Notes under the pieces: generated by a model
What the model saw: only the letters and a program-made list of their open reading frames with translations
Told to the model about the DNA's origin: nothing
Database searches by the model: none
Position numbers and translations under genes: made by a program
Part shown: in pieces, positions 44,797 to 57,122 of the stretch
Layout: each line of letters starts with the position of its first letter
Numbering within the stretch: the stretch's first letter is position 1
Source of the DNA: Eledone cirrhosa
Taxonomy: Eukaryota
Direction: 5' to 3'
Assembly: GCA_964016885.1 (NCBI GenBank)
Contig: OZ024747.1
Coordinates: 65,906,001 to 65,970,000, forward strand
DNA length: 64,000 nucleotides

Positions 44797-45476
44797 TTCT
44801 TCTGGTTTTATAATTTCACAAAGTTTTACCAATAGAGAGAGAGTCGGTTTCTAACATAGACACAAGACTCTCTCATTGGAATTTACACAACATCAACTAG
44901 GTAGATATGTATGTATGTCTGCATGCATGTGTGTGCAGGTGTGGATGTCATTGTATGTGTGGTTGTGTATGCTTTGAGTTGTATGTGTGCATGTGCATAC
45001 GCTTTGTATCTGTATATGTGTATATGCAGTTATTAGATGCAAAATTATTAGAATGTTTTACATATTTTTACTGTTCCATTAATGGATTGTACTTGTAATT
45101 TCCTAACTAGTTGTGTTCTTTCTGTTCCTGTGAGGCCCAGCTTCTCAAGATTTGTATTGAGGCAGTTACTAACATATCCCAGTGCCCCAATAATCACAGG
45201 CATAAATCTGAAGGTATAATCAGGGTGGAATATCTGCAGATTTCTCATTAGTTCTGCATAAATATTTTCCTTTTCGCTAATCTTTGATATTAAATTGGCA
45301 TCTGCTGGGCAGCTAATTTCCACTACTGTGCATGTTTTCTTTTCCATGTCCAATATGATTATATCTAGTCTGTTATGCCTGCATTTTATTGGGGTTTTTA
45401 CTGGAACATTCCACCAGTACTCTTTCATATTGTGTATATGTATGGCTTCCACATTACGGTAGCTTTTAATGTGTTT
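44797..45476 (-). mobile_element. R4/Dong-like RLE element copy A, 5'-truncated
   Basis: Near-identical to 45501-46180; flanked by (TATG)n on both sides. Confidence 0.9.
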
Positions 45477-45500
45477 TGTATATGTATGTATGTATGTATG

Positions 45501-48500
45501 TTCTTCTGGTTTTATAATTTCACAAAGTTTTACCAATAGAAAGAGAGTCGGTTTCTAACATAGACACAAGACTCTCTCATTGGAATTTACACAACATCAA
45601 CTAGGTAGATATGTATTTATGTCTGGATGCATGCATGTGTAGATATGGATGTTATTGTATGTGTGGATGTGTATGTTTTGAGTTGTATGTGTGCATGTGT
45701 ATATGCTTTGTATCTGTACATGTGTATATGCAGTTATTAGATGCAAAATCTTTGGAATGTTTTACATATTTTTACTGTTCCATTAATGGATTGTACTTGT
45801 AATTTCCTAACTAGTTGTGTTCTTTCTGTTCCTGTGAGGCCCAGCTTCTCAAGATTTGTATTGAGGCAGTTACTAACATATCCCAGTGCCCCAATAATCA
45901 CAGACATAAATCTGAAGGTGTAATCAGGGTGGAGTATCTGCAGATTTCTTATCAGTTCTGCATAAATATTCTCCTTTTCACTAATCTTTGATATTATATT
46001 GGCATCTGCTGGGCAGCTAATTTCCACTACTGTGCATGTTTTCTTCTCCCTGTCCCATATCATAATATCTGGTCTGTTATGCCTGCATTTTATTGGGGTT
46101 TTTACTGGAACATCCCACCAGTACTCTTTCATATTATGTACATGGATGTCTTCCACATTGTTGTAGCTTTTAATGTGTTTATTATCGGGGCTATCTTTTT
46201 TACGAACTGCATTGTATAGTGTTTTGGCCACTACATCATGCCTCATAGGTAGATAGTACCGCGATGACATCTTTGGGCAGCTGCTGATGACATGGGTGAT
46301 ATCCTCGATGTTAGTTCTGCAGAGTCTGCACTTGTTATCACATCTCGGTGTTTTGCCTGCATCCCTATCTCTTTTGTGAATCAGGTATTTCGTGCTAATC
46401 TCCTGTTCTTGGATTGCAAAAGCGTATCCTTCAAAGTGGGAGCCAATATAGCGGCTGTTGGTCCAAGTTTGACTACTTTCCTTATCTATATTACTCTCAC
46501 TTTGGAGCTTCCTGGCAACATATCCATGCATGAATTTTTGCTGATAGGCATGCAGTTTTTCATCCATGGATTCACTGCGATACTGCTGAGCGACATCCCT
46601 GGGTGTGAATTTTTGATTATCACACAGGGAATATCTCTCAAGGAGTTCCTTCCCAACTCTCATGATCTTATCTGTTTCATGCAGATAGACTTGCTCGAGA
46701 AGCGGGCTCCTACGCTTCGAGGTTCGTAGATGTTGTCGGAGAGATATGATGCGACATTCAAATGTTGTCTGGACTGATGTTAGGCCTCCCTGCTTACGTT
46801 TCAAGTAAAGGCGGTCTATGTCACTGTTGGTGTGGAAGTTTCCGGTGTTGTTCAGTATTTTCTGAGTTCCAACATCAACTGCTCGGATTTCGTCTATCGT
46901 CCAATTGAGTATTCCAAACGTTGGTGTTAGGACAGGCACAGCAAACACATTGTGAGCCACTGTTTTGTTTTGCGCAGAGAGTTCCGATGACCAGATCTTT
47001 CTTAATCGGGTGTAGTATTCCCTGGTTACGCGTTCTTTATTACAGATACCATTATAGGATATGTTCTTATCTATCCCCAGGTATCTGTAGCAGTCCTCAT
47101 CAGATATCGGTGAAACAGTTAGACCATTGATGACAATGTTGCTAGATTGGGTTGTTGTTTTCCCCCGCTTTACAGTCATGTATGAGCATTTATCTTGGCC
47201 AAACTCCATTCCTATATCCTTTGAGAACGTTGTAACCAGGTCAAGATTTTTCTTCATCCCATCCATGTTCTTGGCATAGAGTTTCAGATCGTCCACAAAG
47301 AAGTTATGGGTTAAGTTCGTACTTCTGTCCTCCTGTGAGCCAATGATGTATCCCTCACATTTCTTGAGCAGAAAGGACAAGGGGTTTAATGACAAGATGA
47401 ACAATATCACAGAGAGACTGTCCCCCTGAAATATACCCCTGCAATATTTTATTTTATCAGTGAAAATAGAGTCCTCCCTCTCTGTTTTTAACCTTAGGAT
47501 AGTAGCCCAAGAAGAAGACAGCCTCTCTATGGCTCTGACAATAATGTCTGGGACTTTAGCAAGTTGGAGGGCCTCTATCATCCAAGAGTGAGGAACAGAA
47601 TCGAAACCTTTCCTGTAGTCCAGCCAGACTGTAGTCATATTCCTCCTAAGTTTTCGCACCTCCGACATCGCAGTTTTGTTGATTAGGAGTTATTCAGCAC
47701 ATCCCCAAACCCTTTTCTTTCCAGCTGCTTGTACATCTGTGATGATGTTATTATTTTCACAGTGATCTTGGAGGAATAGGTTCAGGCAGGCTGTATACAT
47801 CTTATACATCAGGTTCTGGCATGCAATGGGTAGGTAGTTTTTTGCCAAGTGGGTGTCTTTGTTCTTGGGGACCAGTAACGTTTGTGCTAATGTCAACCAT
47901 TCTGGTATAAGTGTATCTCCCTTAAGAACTTGTTGGTAGAGGTCAGTAAGATACCTCCGATAGAATATTAGTTTTTTGTACCAGTAGCCGACAATCATGT
48001 CTCTTCCTGGTGTTTTCTTATCTTGGAGTTTTCCTATCACAGTCTCAAGGGTACCCTCACTTATTTCGTATGTTTTTGTTGTAGTGTAGGAGCAATAGTT
48101 CTTTCGGATTTCTCTTAGCCACACTGCATCTTGGTTGAAATTCTTCTTTTCACCCCATATTTTTCTCCAAAAGGAATCTATGTCTTTCTGGGATGGGGCC
48201 TCAGTGACACTTATTATTTTGCCCTTCATATCTCTATAGACTGATGTTTGGTTTCGTCTGAATCTTTTATTAAGCATTATTCTCTCATCTACCTTCTTCA
48301 GGTATCCGCGTTTTTCGCTAACAGCTCTCAATTCTTGTTTGAGGGTGATCAACTTATATTGGAGAGTTCTGGTTCTACTGTTACCAAACATCGTCTCTAT
48401 TTTATTTTTCACTCTTTGTTGGTGAGGAGTGAGGTTTTTTTTGTGTTTGTTTGCATGTAAGGGGCATTGTCACATGTCCTATGTTTTTCGTAGGTCAGCA

Positions 48501-49605
48501 CTCTTTTTTTCTATTTTAGCTATATATGATGGTATTTTTGGTGGTGTTTTGTTCTTGTTAATATCTCTGCTATCACCAAGATAATGCTTCACTGTCATTG
48601 CTAAGGCATATAAACAGGCGTTGATTTGCCAAAATGTTGGGGTTTTTATCCGTCGTAAATATTCATCCCCTATTTCGTCAATAACACGTAGTATTTCATT
48701 ATTTGGTTTTTTATTCACCATTGTCATTTTAACACGTTAAGCCAGAGAGATATTTATACATGAGTTAATTTCTCTCTGGAAGATTTCGTTGTGGGAAATT
48801 TTCAATTGTTTATACTTTTGATTATCATTATCGATAGTATTTTCCACAACAGTCGAGGTAGACTCGGATGGTATACGTGGTGTCACATTTATTCGATTAT
48901 TATTATTTCTTCGATTATTATTATCGATAATGTTTTCCCCAGCATTCGAGGTAGACATAGATGGTACACGTGGTGTCAAATTTCTTACAGGCATAGTTGT
49001 TTCAAGGCGCTGTTCGACCTGGCTGCTAGGACGTCTAGTAGCATGGTGATCTGTAGCACGTGTTGTTGATTCCTTGTTTGTTATGGGGGACTTACAATTA
49101 ATAATATTTATCTTATTTTTACGTTCAACAAACGTCGCTTGTTGGCGTAATTGTTTCGCTGTGAAATAATTTAGCTCTGGGTGCATTTCGTCCCAGTGTA
49201 GCTTCATTCTATTCATATAGCCATTTTATAACAATTAAATAAATCATTATTAAGTTCGCAACTCCAAGAGAAATGCGATTTATAATTTCGGTTTCTTCTG
49301 TAGCTACAACTGAATAAAGTTTGATTACCTTCTTTGTTATTTGTCTTCGATACTTCCTTAATTTTGTTGTTGATGTTGTGTTCAGCCATGCTGTTTGTAG
49401 CAAATCCTTGTAAAATGTATTATGTATTTAGTCGGATATCTCTACGAATTCGAATAAAAGGTGTCTTCAGAAGGGATAGTTAGAAGAATAACCAGTTATT
49501 CAACCTGGCTGTAGTTGTGGCATTACTGTCGGAGATAGTATTCATCTTAAATTTAATAAATAGTCTCCCACGCCAAAATATGCGACTGATCGCGTTGACT
49601 GATGG
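45501..49605 (-). mobile_element. R4/Dong-like RLE non-LTR retrotransposon copy B, near full length
   Basis: One reading frame in pieces (49403 to 45737): WLDYRKGFDSVPH, GIFQGDSLS, FVDDLK, RLYLKRKQGG, CRLC…H…C, RHD, RPD…EISCP RLE motif, IIGALG. Confidence 0.9.
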
Positions 49606-49634
49606 ATATGTATGTATGTATGTATGTATGTATG

Positions 49635-49733
49635 TTCTTCTGGTTTTATTATTTTATAAATTTTCACCAGAGAGAGAGAGATTCGGTTTCTAAACAAGAC
49701 TCTTTCATTTGAACTTAGACATCAACTAGGTAA

Positions 49734-49829
<96 letters not shown>

Positions 49830-49848
49830 GTGCGTGTGTGTGTGTGTG

Positions 49849-49901
<53 letters not shown>

Positions 49902-50745
49902 TATATGCAGGTATGGGACTTATTGGTTGTCTGAATCTGTATCTTTCAATTTATATGTGTTAATGTGCATATGTTTCTGTATCTATACAGGTGTTTATGC
50001 AGTTATTACATTGCTGAATTTCTGTAATGTTTTACATATTTTAATAGTTCCCTTAATAGACTGCACTTGCAACTTCTTAAATAACTGTGCCCTTTCTGGT
50101 TCTGTGTTGCCCAACTTTTCAAGATTTGTACAGAAGCAGTTAGTAATATCAGAGCCTTAATGATCACAGGTACAAACCTAAAGGATTATGCAGGGTAGAG
50201 TATTTGCAATATTTTTATTAGTTCAGCGTGTTAAATATGTCGCCGACATGGCTGTTTCAAGAGACTGTTTAGGTATTTCCCTTGTTTCTTGTTGCTGGTC
50301 GAACTGGTTACGAGAAACCATAGTAATATCGTGGCCTGTTACACTTATTGATTGTATGGCCGGTCTAGGAGACTGCTCACTTAGTTTTGTTATTTGCAAG
50401 GGTTTCACACTTTCAATATTGTTTTGAATAATGTTTATGCTATTTTTATGTCCAACAAACTTTGCTTGTTGGCGTAATTGTTTAGCTGTGAAATAATTTA
50501 GCTCTGGGTGAAGTTCATCCCTGTATAGCGTCATTCTGCCAATTTAGCCAAGAAAGCGATCTTTTTTTGCTATATTATAGCAAGAAAAATGTGATTATAG
50601 TTTCGGTTCCTTCTGAAACTACGACTAAAAATATTTATTTTACTTTCCTCGTTGTTGTTATTTTCGATTCAGTATTGTTGATCTTGATGTCGTGTCCACC
50701 CATTATGTTTGTAGCAAATCCTTGTAAAGTGAATACAATATTTAA
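49635..50745 (-). mobile_element. R4/Dong-like copy C, diverged, large internal deletion
   Basis: Same 3' end at (TATG)n. The C-terminal tip (~50000-50220) is joined to the N-terminal DELHPELNYFTAKQLRQQA region. Confidence 0.8.
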
Positions 50746-51409
50746 ACGGTTTAACGAAAGTTTGTCACGTTTTTGGTTAGCTCGCATGTAGGACCTCATG
50801 TGGGTGTTTCTCTATGACCCCACTGAAAAGAATTTTAAAAGCTTTACACCGGAGAATAGAGAAGATGTACGGAATGAGTCATTCCAACTCACGTGGCTTA
50901 TTCTTGCGTATGGCTAACTCTGTCTTGATAACACTGAGTAGGGAGGTGGTTTGGGGACTCAGAACACTAGAAGTTGACACCGTTGTGGTTTTGACAAGAA
51001 GAAGTCAGTTTCACTCATAATTTAAATTCATTTAATTGCTTTCCCTTATAGAAGTCAGATGCTAAATAATATTATTTGTTTTTAATAACGAAATAAATGA
51101 AATTCTTTGTCTTCGTGAAAATGTTATTATTATTTTTTATTGAAACAAATCAAAACAGGGTTGCAATTTTAAAATCCATTACTGAATATCACGGATATTA
51201 CTTTTCACCCGAATGATTAATGTTTTCAATATAAACATTGTTTCATTAAAAGTATTTTATCACCACCGCAACCACTAGAACTACAAAAACTGACGCGAAA
51301 ACACACAATGTGCACAACATCGATCTCGGAGATCACCAAGATAAATCAAGACTGCATAGGATAGAGGGTGGAGTTCTTAACCCAAATGGACAAAAAAAAA
51401 AATATATAT

Positions 51410-52420
51410 ATATAGAGGCCATTCCTGATGTTATTGACCTCGACGAAAGCACCCACCTACTCATGGCCGTCGCGGGTAGAAAGCCAAGATGTCTCATGTG
51501 TGGGCACAAAACCCATCTAAAGGCCTTCTTGGATGCACGCTGAGACTGTGTGGGAGTAGCAAAAAAGGTAGGAGGATGTAAAAGTCTCGCCAACCTGCTC
51601 AGACGGTTCCAACTGTCCGACAGGTTCCGTCTGGATTTCCTGAATGTGCCTGTGTGGACATGGACAAACCGCATCGGGTCATCCAGATCGTATCTAGATA
51701 GGGTCTTCTTTAGGGATATAGATAGAACTAGCATAGGATGTCCACTTTTCAAGATAGTTCGCTACATAGACCACAGATTTGTTATCTGCGTGGTCTATTT
51801 AGATAGGTTGCATAGACAGGGACCTGTCTACTGATAGCTGAAGGCGTCGCTCCCGGCACGTAAAAACTACAGAGACCGGATTAGCGAATTAGTTAGACGG
51901 GCGTTGATGGGGGGCAGTCGTCAACAACAAATGGTGGTTCGCCTTGAAAGGGGCGATCTAAGTAGAAGGTTATAGTGATAGAAGAGAATAGACACGAGGG
52001 AGAACTAGTTAGAAAACTAGACGAGACGCTTAGAAAAGTCATTGCGATCGACGTGCAAGTGGCGAGATTGGCCCTCGCCCAATTTTTCAACGCTAAGCAT
52101 GAAGGTTGCGTTGTCAAACCTAGGGCGCGTGCACTAAGACACGAGGGAACGAAAGCTGTTCAATGAGCCCGTGTGGCGGAGGCGCGGCGTGGCAACAAAA
52201 TTACGATCCGATATTTGGCGCACCACGACGGGCGCATGTTAGCCTATCCCGAGTAGATGTGTGCGGTTTTTCAACTGATTGGGAGCAATGGCGGGGAACT
52301 GAAACGGTATCTTGGCTGCACGCTGAAATTGTATGGGAGTAACTGAAACGGGTCTACCTTCCAAGTTTTGCATTGCCAAGCCAAATATGGTCTACGCTGT
52401 CCTCGAAGCTGTCTATTGTA
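51410..52420 (+). mobile_element. Old degraded Tx1 relic
   Basis: ORF1 knuckle (AGRKPRCLMCGHKTHLKA) joined by deletion to APE (SSRSYLDRV) and AKHEGCVV; no TATC flanks left. Confidence 0.8.
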
Positions 52421-52437
52421 TTTTTTATTGATGTTGT

Positions 52438-52572
52438 TGGCATGACTGAATGGTTAAGAAGTTCACTTTGATCCCACGGCGTGGCATCTTAGGCACGTGT
52501 CCATTACCGTAGCCTCGGCGCGACCCAAGCCTTGTGAGTGAAATTGGGTAGATAGAAACTATTTGGAAGCCT
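52438..52572 (+). mobile_element. Second SINE family (CORE-like), degraded
   Basis: tggttaagaag…cccac.gcgtggcatcttaggca…agcctcgg…aagccttgtgagtgaaattgggtaga; resembles octopus SINEs from memory. Confidence 0.55.
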
Positions 52573-52933
52573 ATCAGAAACATTATAACTCTAGTTAAGA
52601 GGGTCAGCTTTTACTCACATTGTGAGAATTATATTAATTCATAAAGATATGATAAATAAGAGTTAGATGTTATTAAAGAATGTTGTTAAAAACGAAGGAA
52701 AACATTTTTTTTTAATTAGTGAGAAGTAACAAACTTATATAGATTGTAAGGAATTTAGATTCATAACAGGAAATTAAAATAGTTTATATGTATACTTATT
52801 AGTATAAATTTTAGGAAAAGATAGCTGTAAAAGGGAAATGAAATTATGCAGTTCTTAGTAGTAGAATATTAATTATAGGTTAACTAATTTTAAAAAAATA
52901 TTATTATAATAATTTGTAAAATATAAGTGTATA

Positions 52934-53132
52934 TTAATTAGGTTGATAATATTTGAAAGTTTTTCTAATTCTATGATTACATGATATAATTAATTCTTGT
53001 CGCTTATTTAATAGGATATCCTTAGATTTCATTATTTCAAAAAGTTCCTGGGAACATAATCTACATTCATATCTATTATTTTGATAAGGAGTGGCCCTTT
53101 TGAGCACACACCAGGTCAAGTTATAATCGATA
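52934..53132 (-). pseudogene. Penelope-like (Naiad-type) GIY-YIG C-terminal fragment
   Basis: W.VLKRATPY…CRLC..E…LLNKRQELIISCNH motif. Confidence 0.75.
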
Positions 53133-53501
53133 TTCTTTTTATAGATCTATATTCCTTATGTTTTAAATAAGATTGATATTTTTCACTAACACATTTATAG
53201 TAAAATTTTATTCTCCTTAGATTTTAACATTAGCATTATTCTTTAATAACATCAAATTTTCGTGTACCTTTCACCGGCTTGACCTATTTTCATCCCCAAA
53301 GTAATCTTTTCATTCAAAATACTCTTTCCATTCAAAACTGAAGTCTACATTCCTCTACCCCTAAATTAAATTTATACTACTACTATTCTATCAACTTGAC
53401 CGCTTACTACTTTTCTATTGGTCAATTCAAAACCTGTTCCCAAACAGACCTATTATATTAAATCTTTGTTGTTTTTTTTTCAATAAACAAATATCATTAT
53501 T

Positions 53502-53613
53502 TCAAATCCCGCCGAGGTTAACTTTGCCTTTAATCCTTACGGGGTCGATAAAATAAAGTACCAGTAATACACTGGCTAATTGCTGGCCTTGTGTCTAACG
53601 TAGAAACAATTAT
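53502..53613 (+). mobile_element. SINE, 5'-truncated
   Basis: Same body as 8299-8410. Confidence 0.85.
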
Positions 53614-53920
53614 TTCTGTAGACAGCATATATATGTGTAGGTATGTATATTCCCTATGATAGTTTGTAAAACTTTTACATAGATCTATATGATATACATA
53701 CCAACACACACATATATATCCTAGAAACGATCGTAAAATGAGGAATTTTTTAATATAAGGAACTGTTTCTTTGTTTTTATTCATTGTTTTTATTAATTTA
53801 TCTTGACTCTGTTTTCCTGTGTTTTTCATCGAAAAAATTTTGAATACACTTCTCTTTTCATGATATTTGGATTACATTGAGTTCCTCATACGGATTGGAC
53901 ACTACCGTATATTTTGGTAG

Positions 53921-53986
<66 letters not shown>

Positions 53987-54083
53987 ATGTATATATGTAT
54001 ATATATATATATATACACATATATATATATACCTATACAAATATATATATATATAAATATGTGTGTGTGTGTGCGTGCGTGTT

Positions 54084-54125
<42 letters not shown>

Positions 54126-54598
54126 TTCGGATTCATAGAAACACTTTAGACGTATATCGTTTGATTTGTCCAGGTGTATCTTTTAACCTGTTAGTTCTTT
54201 CGTTACTTTGGTATTGTGTTGTTGGGTTTTGCCTACCGCAAATTTCAATTTGTCAAGCTATTTAAACGTATGTTATTACTCTAAGGACCTACCCTTATTG
54301 AGTGCTTTGGTAACTCATTCCTATTGTAGGTCGACTTTGCTTGCCCACAGCCAAAGCTTCGATTTTACTAAGCTTCCACTTGTATATATATATATATATA
54401 AATATATGTATTGGAGATCGAGTGACGCAACTTCGAACGATTAGCGGCCTCTAGATTCACCTTATCAATGAAACAATTGTTAATACCTGAAATAAAGCCC
54501 CTTGTTGTACAGTCGACCATGTTACTCTTCAATCTTTCACTATATATATGAAGGAAAATAGAGAAATTAATGTGAGCAAGAAGCTAACAGTATTTCAT

Positions 54599-54708
54599 AA
54601 TCCCGCCGAGGTTGACTTTGCCTTTCATCCTTACGGGGTCGATAAAATAAAGTACCAGTAATGCAGTGGGTAATTGCTGGCCTTGTGCCTAAAGTAGAAA
54701 CAAGTATT
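54599..54708 (+). mobile_element. SINE, 5'-truncated
   Basis: Same body as 8299-8410. Confidence 0.85.
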
Positions 54709-54884
54709 TCATAATATATAAGTGACTATAACGTCAAAAGGGAAAATAATTAACGTAAGATTTTGGAAAATAATTCAAACTCAATTAAAAAAAAATCAAG
54801 ACAGAGATTTTATCAACAGATTTTGTGAAATTCAGGGGAAAAAACCAATAGAGTCTTAACTCAGAATAAAATAAAGTTTAAAAA

Positions 54885-54957
<73 letters not shown>

Positions 54958-54967
<10 letters not shown>

Positions 54968-55598
54968 GAGATCAATATCTCCAGAGGTACTAAGTATCCC
55001 TGGAAATATATAGGGTGTCTATAATACAGTGGTTGTTCTATAGTATTAATTTGACATACTAGAACTATAAAATTGGGATAAGCGGAGCAAGTAAGATTCA
55101 AACAATTTTTTAAAATAAATTAAAAAAATTAATTTTAATATTTACCTATTCCATTTGCTTTTACCGACGGTAATGTATATTTCCAGGGATACTTAGTACC
55201 TCTGGAGATATTGATCTCCTTTTATATATTCTTCGTTATGTAGAGAACAAATCCGTTGTTTTATTTAGCTGCTATTTTTAGTGGCGTGATAGACAACACG
55301 TCTATGTCTACTTCCGCTTCTACTAAGAGCTGGTTCATGCACAGGTCAAATTTACGGCCTCATTCGATCCTGTGTTAGCTGGCAGGTGGCAATATATTTT
55401 GCCGTTCCTGGGACTTTTGTCCTAGGTAGGGAAAATGCTTTCTGAAGATCTAAACATTTCCATTAGAAATCCCTAGGATTTCCAATCTTTTGTTCAGTGA
55501 AACCGTCGGTAAGAGCAAATGGAATAGGTAAATATTTAAATTATATTTTTTTATTTATTTTAAAAATTTGTTTGAATCTTACTTGCTCCGCTTATCTC

Positions 55599-55602
<4 letters not shown>
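54958..55602. repeat. Interleaved inverted repeats A-B-A'-B' (Penelope-like pseudo-LTR relic)
   Basis: A 54958-55010 is inverted at 55176-55228; B 55071-55171 is inverted at 55502-55602. Confidence 0.8.
55437..55516 (+). ncRNA. Type I hammerhead ribozyme with long stem II
   Basis: gcttt-CTGAAGA-tctaaaca…gaaatcc cta ggatttc…tgttcagt-GAAA-ccgtcgg-TA-agagc. Confidence 0.75.
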
Positions 55603-55678
<76 letters not shown>

Positions 55679-55716
55679 ATATATTTGTATATGTATATAT
55701 ATATATATATACATAT

Positions 55717-55787
<71 letters not shown>

Positions 55788-56045
55788 AACACACACACAC
55801 ACACATATATATATGTTTTTCAGCCAATTTTTAGTTTCGAAATATATAGAATATATTCCTCAATTTATCTTAGAAATATCTGAATACCTCGCTACTCCTC
55901 CACCTCTAAAGATCTAATAAAAATGAAGCAACTCTTTAGTTCTGTTGCCATATTTTCCATTCTGTCGAGAAATACGCCCCCACACAAACATACACTCACA
56001 CGTGCACACGCGCACACACACATATGCAACCAAATATCTACCGAT

Positions 56046-56046
56046 C

Positions 56047-56120
<74 letters not shown>

Positions 56121-56169
56121 GATCTATCTATCTATCTATCTATCTATCTATATATCTTTCTATCTATCT
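56046..56169 (+). repeat. (TATC)n target of Tx1 copy 6
   Basis: Direct reading. Confidence 0.93.
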
Positions 56170-57122
56170 GAAAATGGGCGACTGGCACATCGAATGTGCT
56201 CAGGCGCTCATAGTCCTCTGGCAAACGGACCCGGCGATCAGTGGAGACTCCACTTCGACATTCTATAGAGGGTTGGTCCGCAGCAAGTGCGACGACACGC
56301 TCGGAGAAACTCTAGGTGTAGAGGAGGACGAACTGGCCAGTCTGTTCGGTAGGACCTTCCGCCGGGACCGATGGACAACTTCCAAAAGTCCCTGGCCTGG
56401 CAGTGCTACCGAGGAGCTCTACCAGTTCGAGACAAGCTCTACAGACACGGGAGCCCGGGTAGGGACCCTTCGAAAAAGATCTGTCCGAGATGCGTGCGCG
56501 AAAGGGAAACCGTCGCACACGAATTTGTACACTGCCCGGGCGTTACCGACCTGTGGGGCTATGTAGAACGACTATTGTCGAGGGTGGGACCAATCCAGTT
56601 GACCACCGAGTCCATTGTCATGATAAAACCGCCACCCTCCTTCAAAAACGAGGAGAGGCGGTTTTCCTATGTGTTATGGCTATGGTGAAAGAGGTTATAT
56701 GGTGGACGAGGTTAAAAGGGGTGAGGTCAGACATCTTTCTCTTCGGCGAGCAACTGATTCGTTTTTTCAAATATCATTTTGGAAGAAGAATCAGGATGGA
56801 GAGAGAGGTGCTGTACCCCAGCAAATTTTATAAAAGGTGGGTGAATGTGGCAAAGATGGCCCGAGTAGTTGGGCCTTCTCTCTATATAAGCCTGTAGGTT
56901 GATGAAAAAGAGGAAGAGAGGAAGGGAGTACTCACTCTTGGTGCTGCTGGAGATGAGGGTTGTAAATTTTTTCAGGGTGTGTACAACCCCTGTGTAACAC
57001 CTTCCCCCTATTGGGGATTTTAATTGTTATTTGTATTAATAGTTTTATTTTCATATACCTGTATGTAAACTCCCCATTTGTATTTGTCCCCTTCTTTTGT
57101 GCCCTTGTGGCTAATAAAGAAA
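56170..57122 (+). mobile_element. Tx1 copy 6, heavily 5'-truncated
   Basis: KMGDWHIECAQAL…CPRC…GPSLYISL* (56897), 3' UTR, AATAAA, TATC. Confidence 0.92.

Noticed and set aside
52934-53132. Selenocysteine-coding Naiad endonuclease
   Set aside because: The CxxC here uses Cys codons; no in-frame TGA or SECIS recognised.
53920-53985. (TATC)n run as an element remnant
   Set aside because: No Tx1 sequence adjacent; an unoccupied target.
56898-57038. Conserved peptide in the 3' UTR (EGC…PIGDF) as a coding second exon
   Set aside because: Frame is not kept between copies; the conservation is better explained by the stem-loops.
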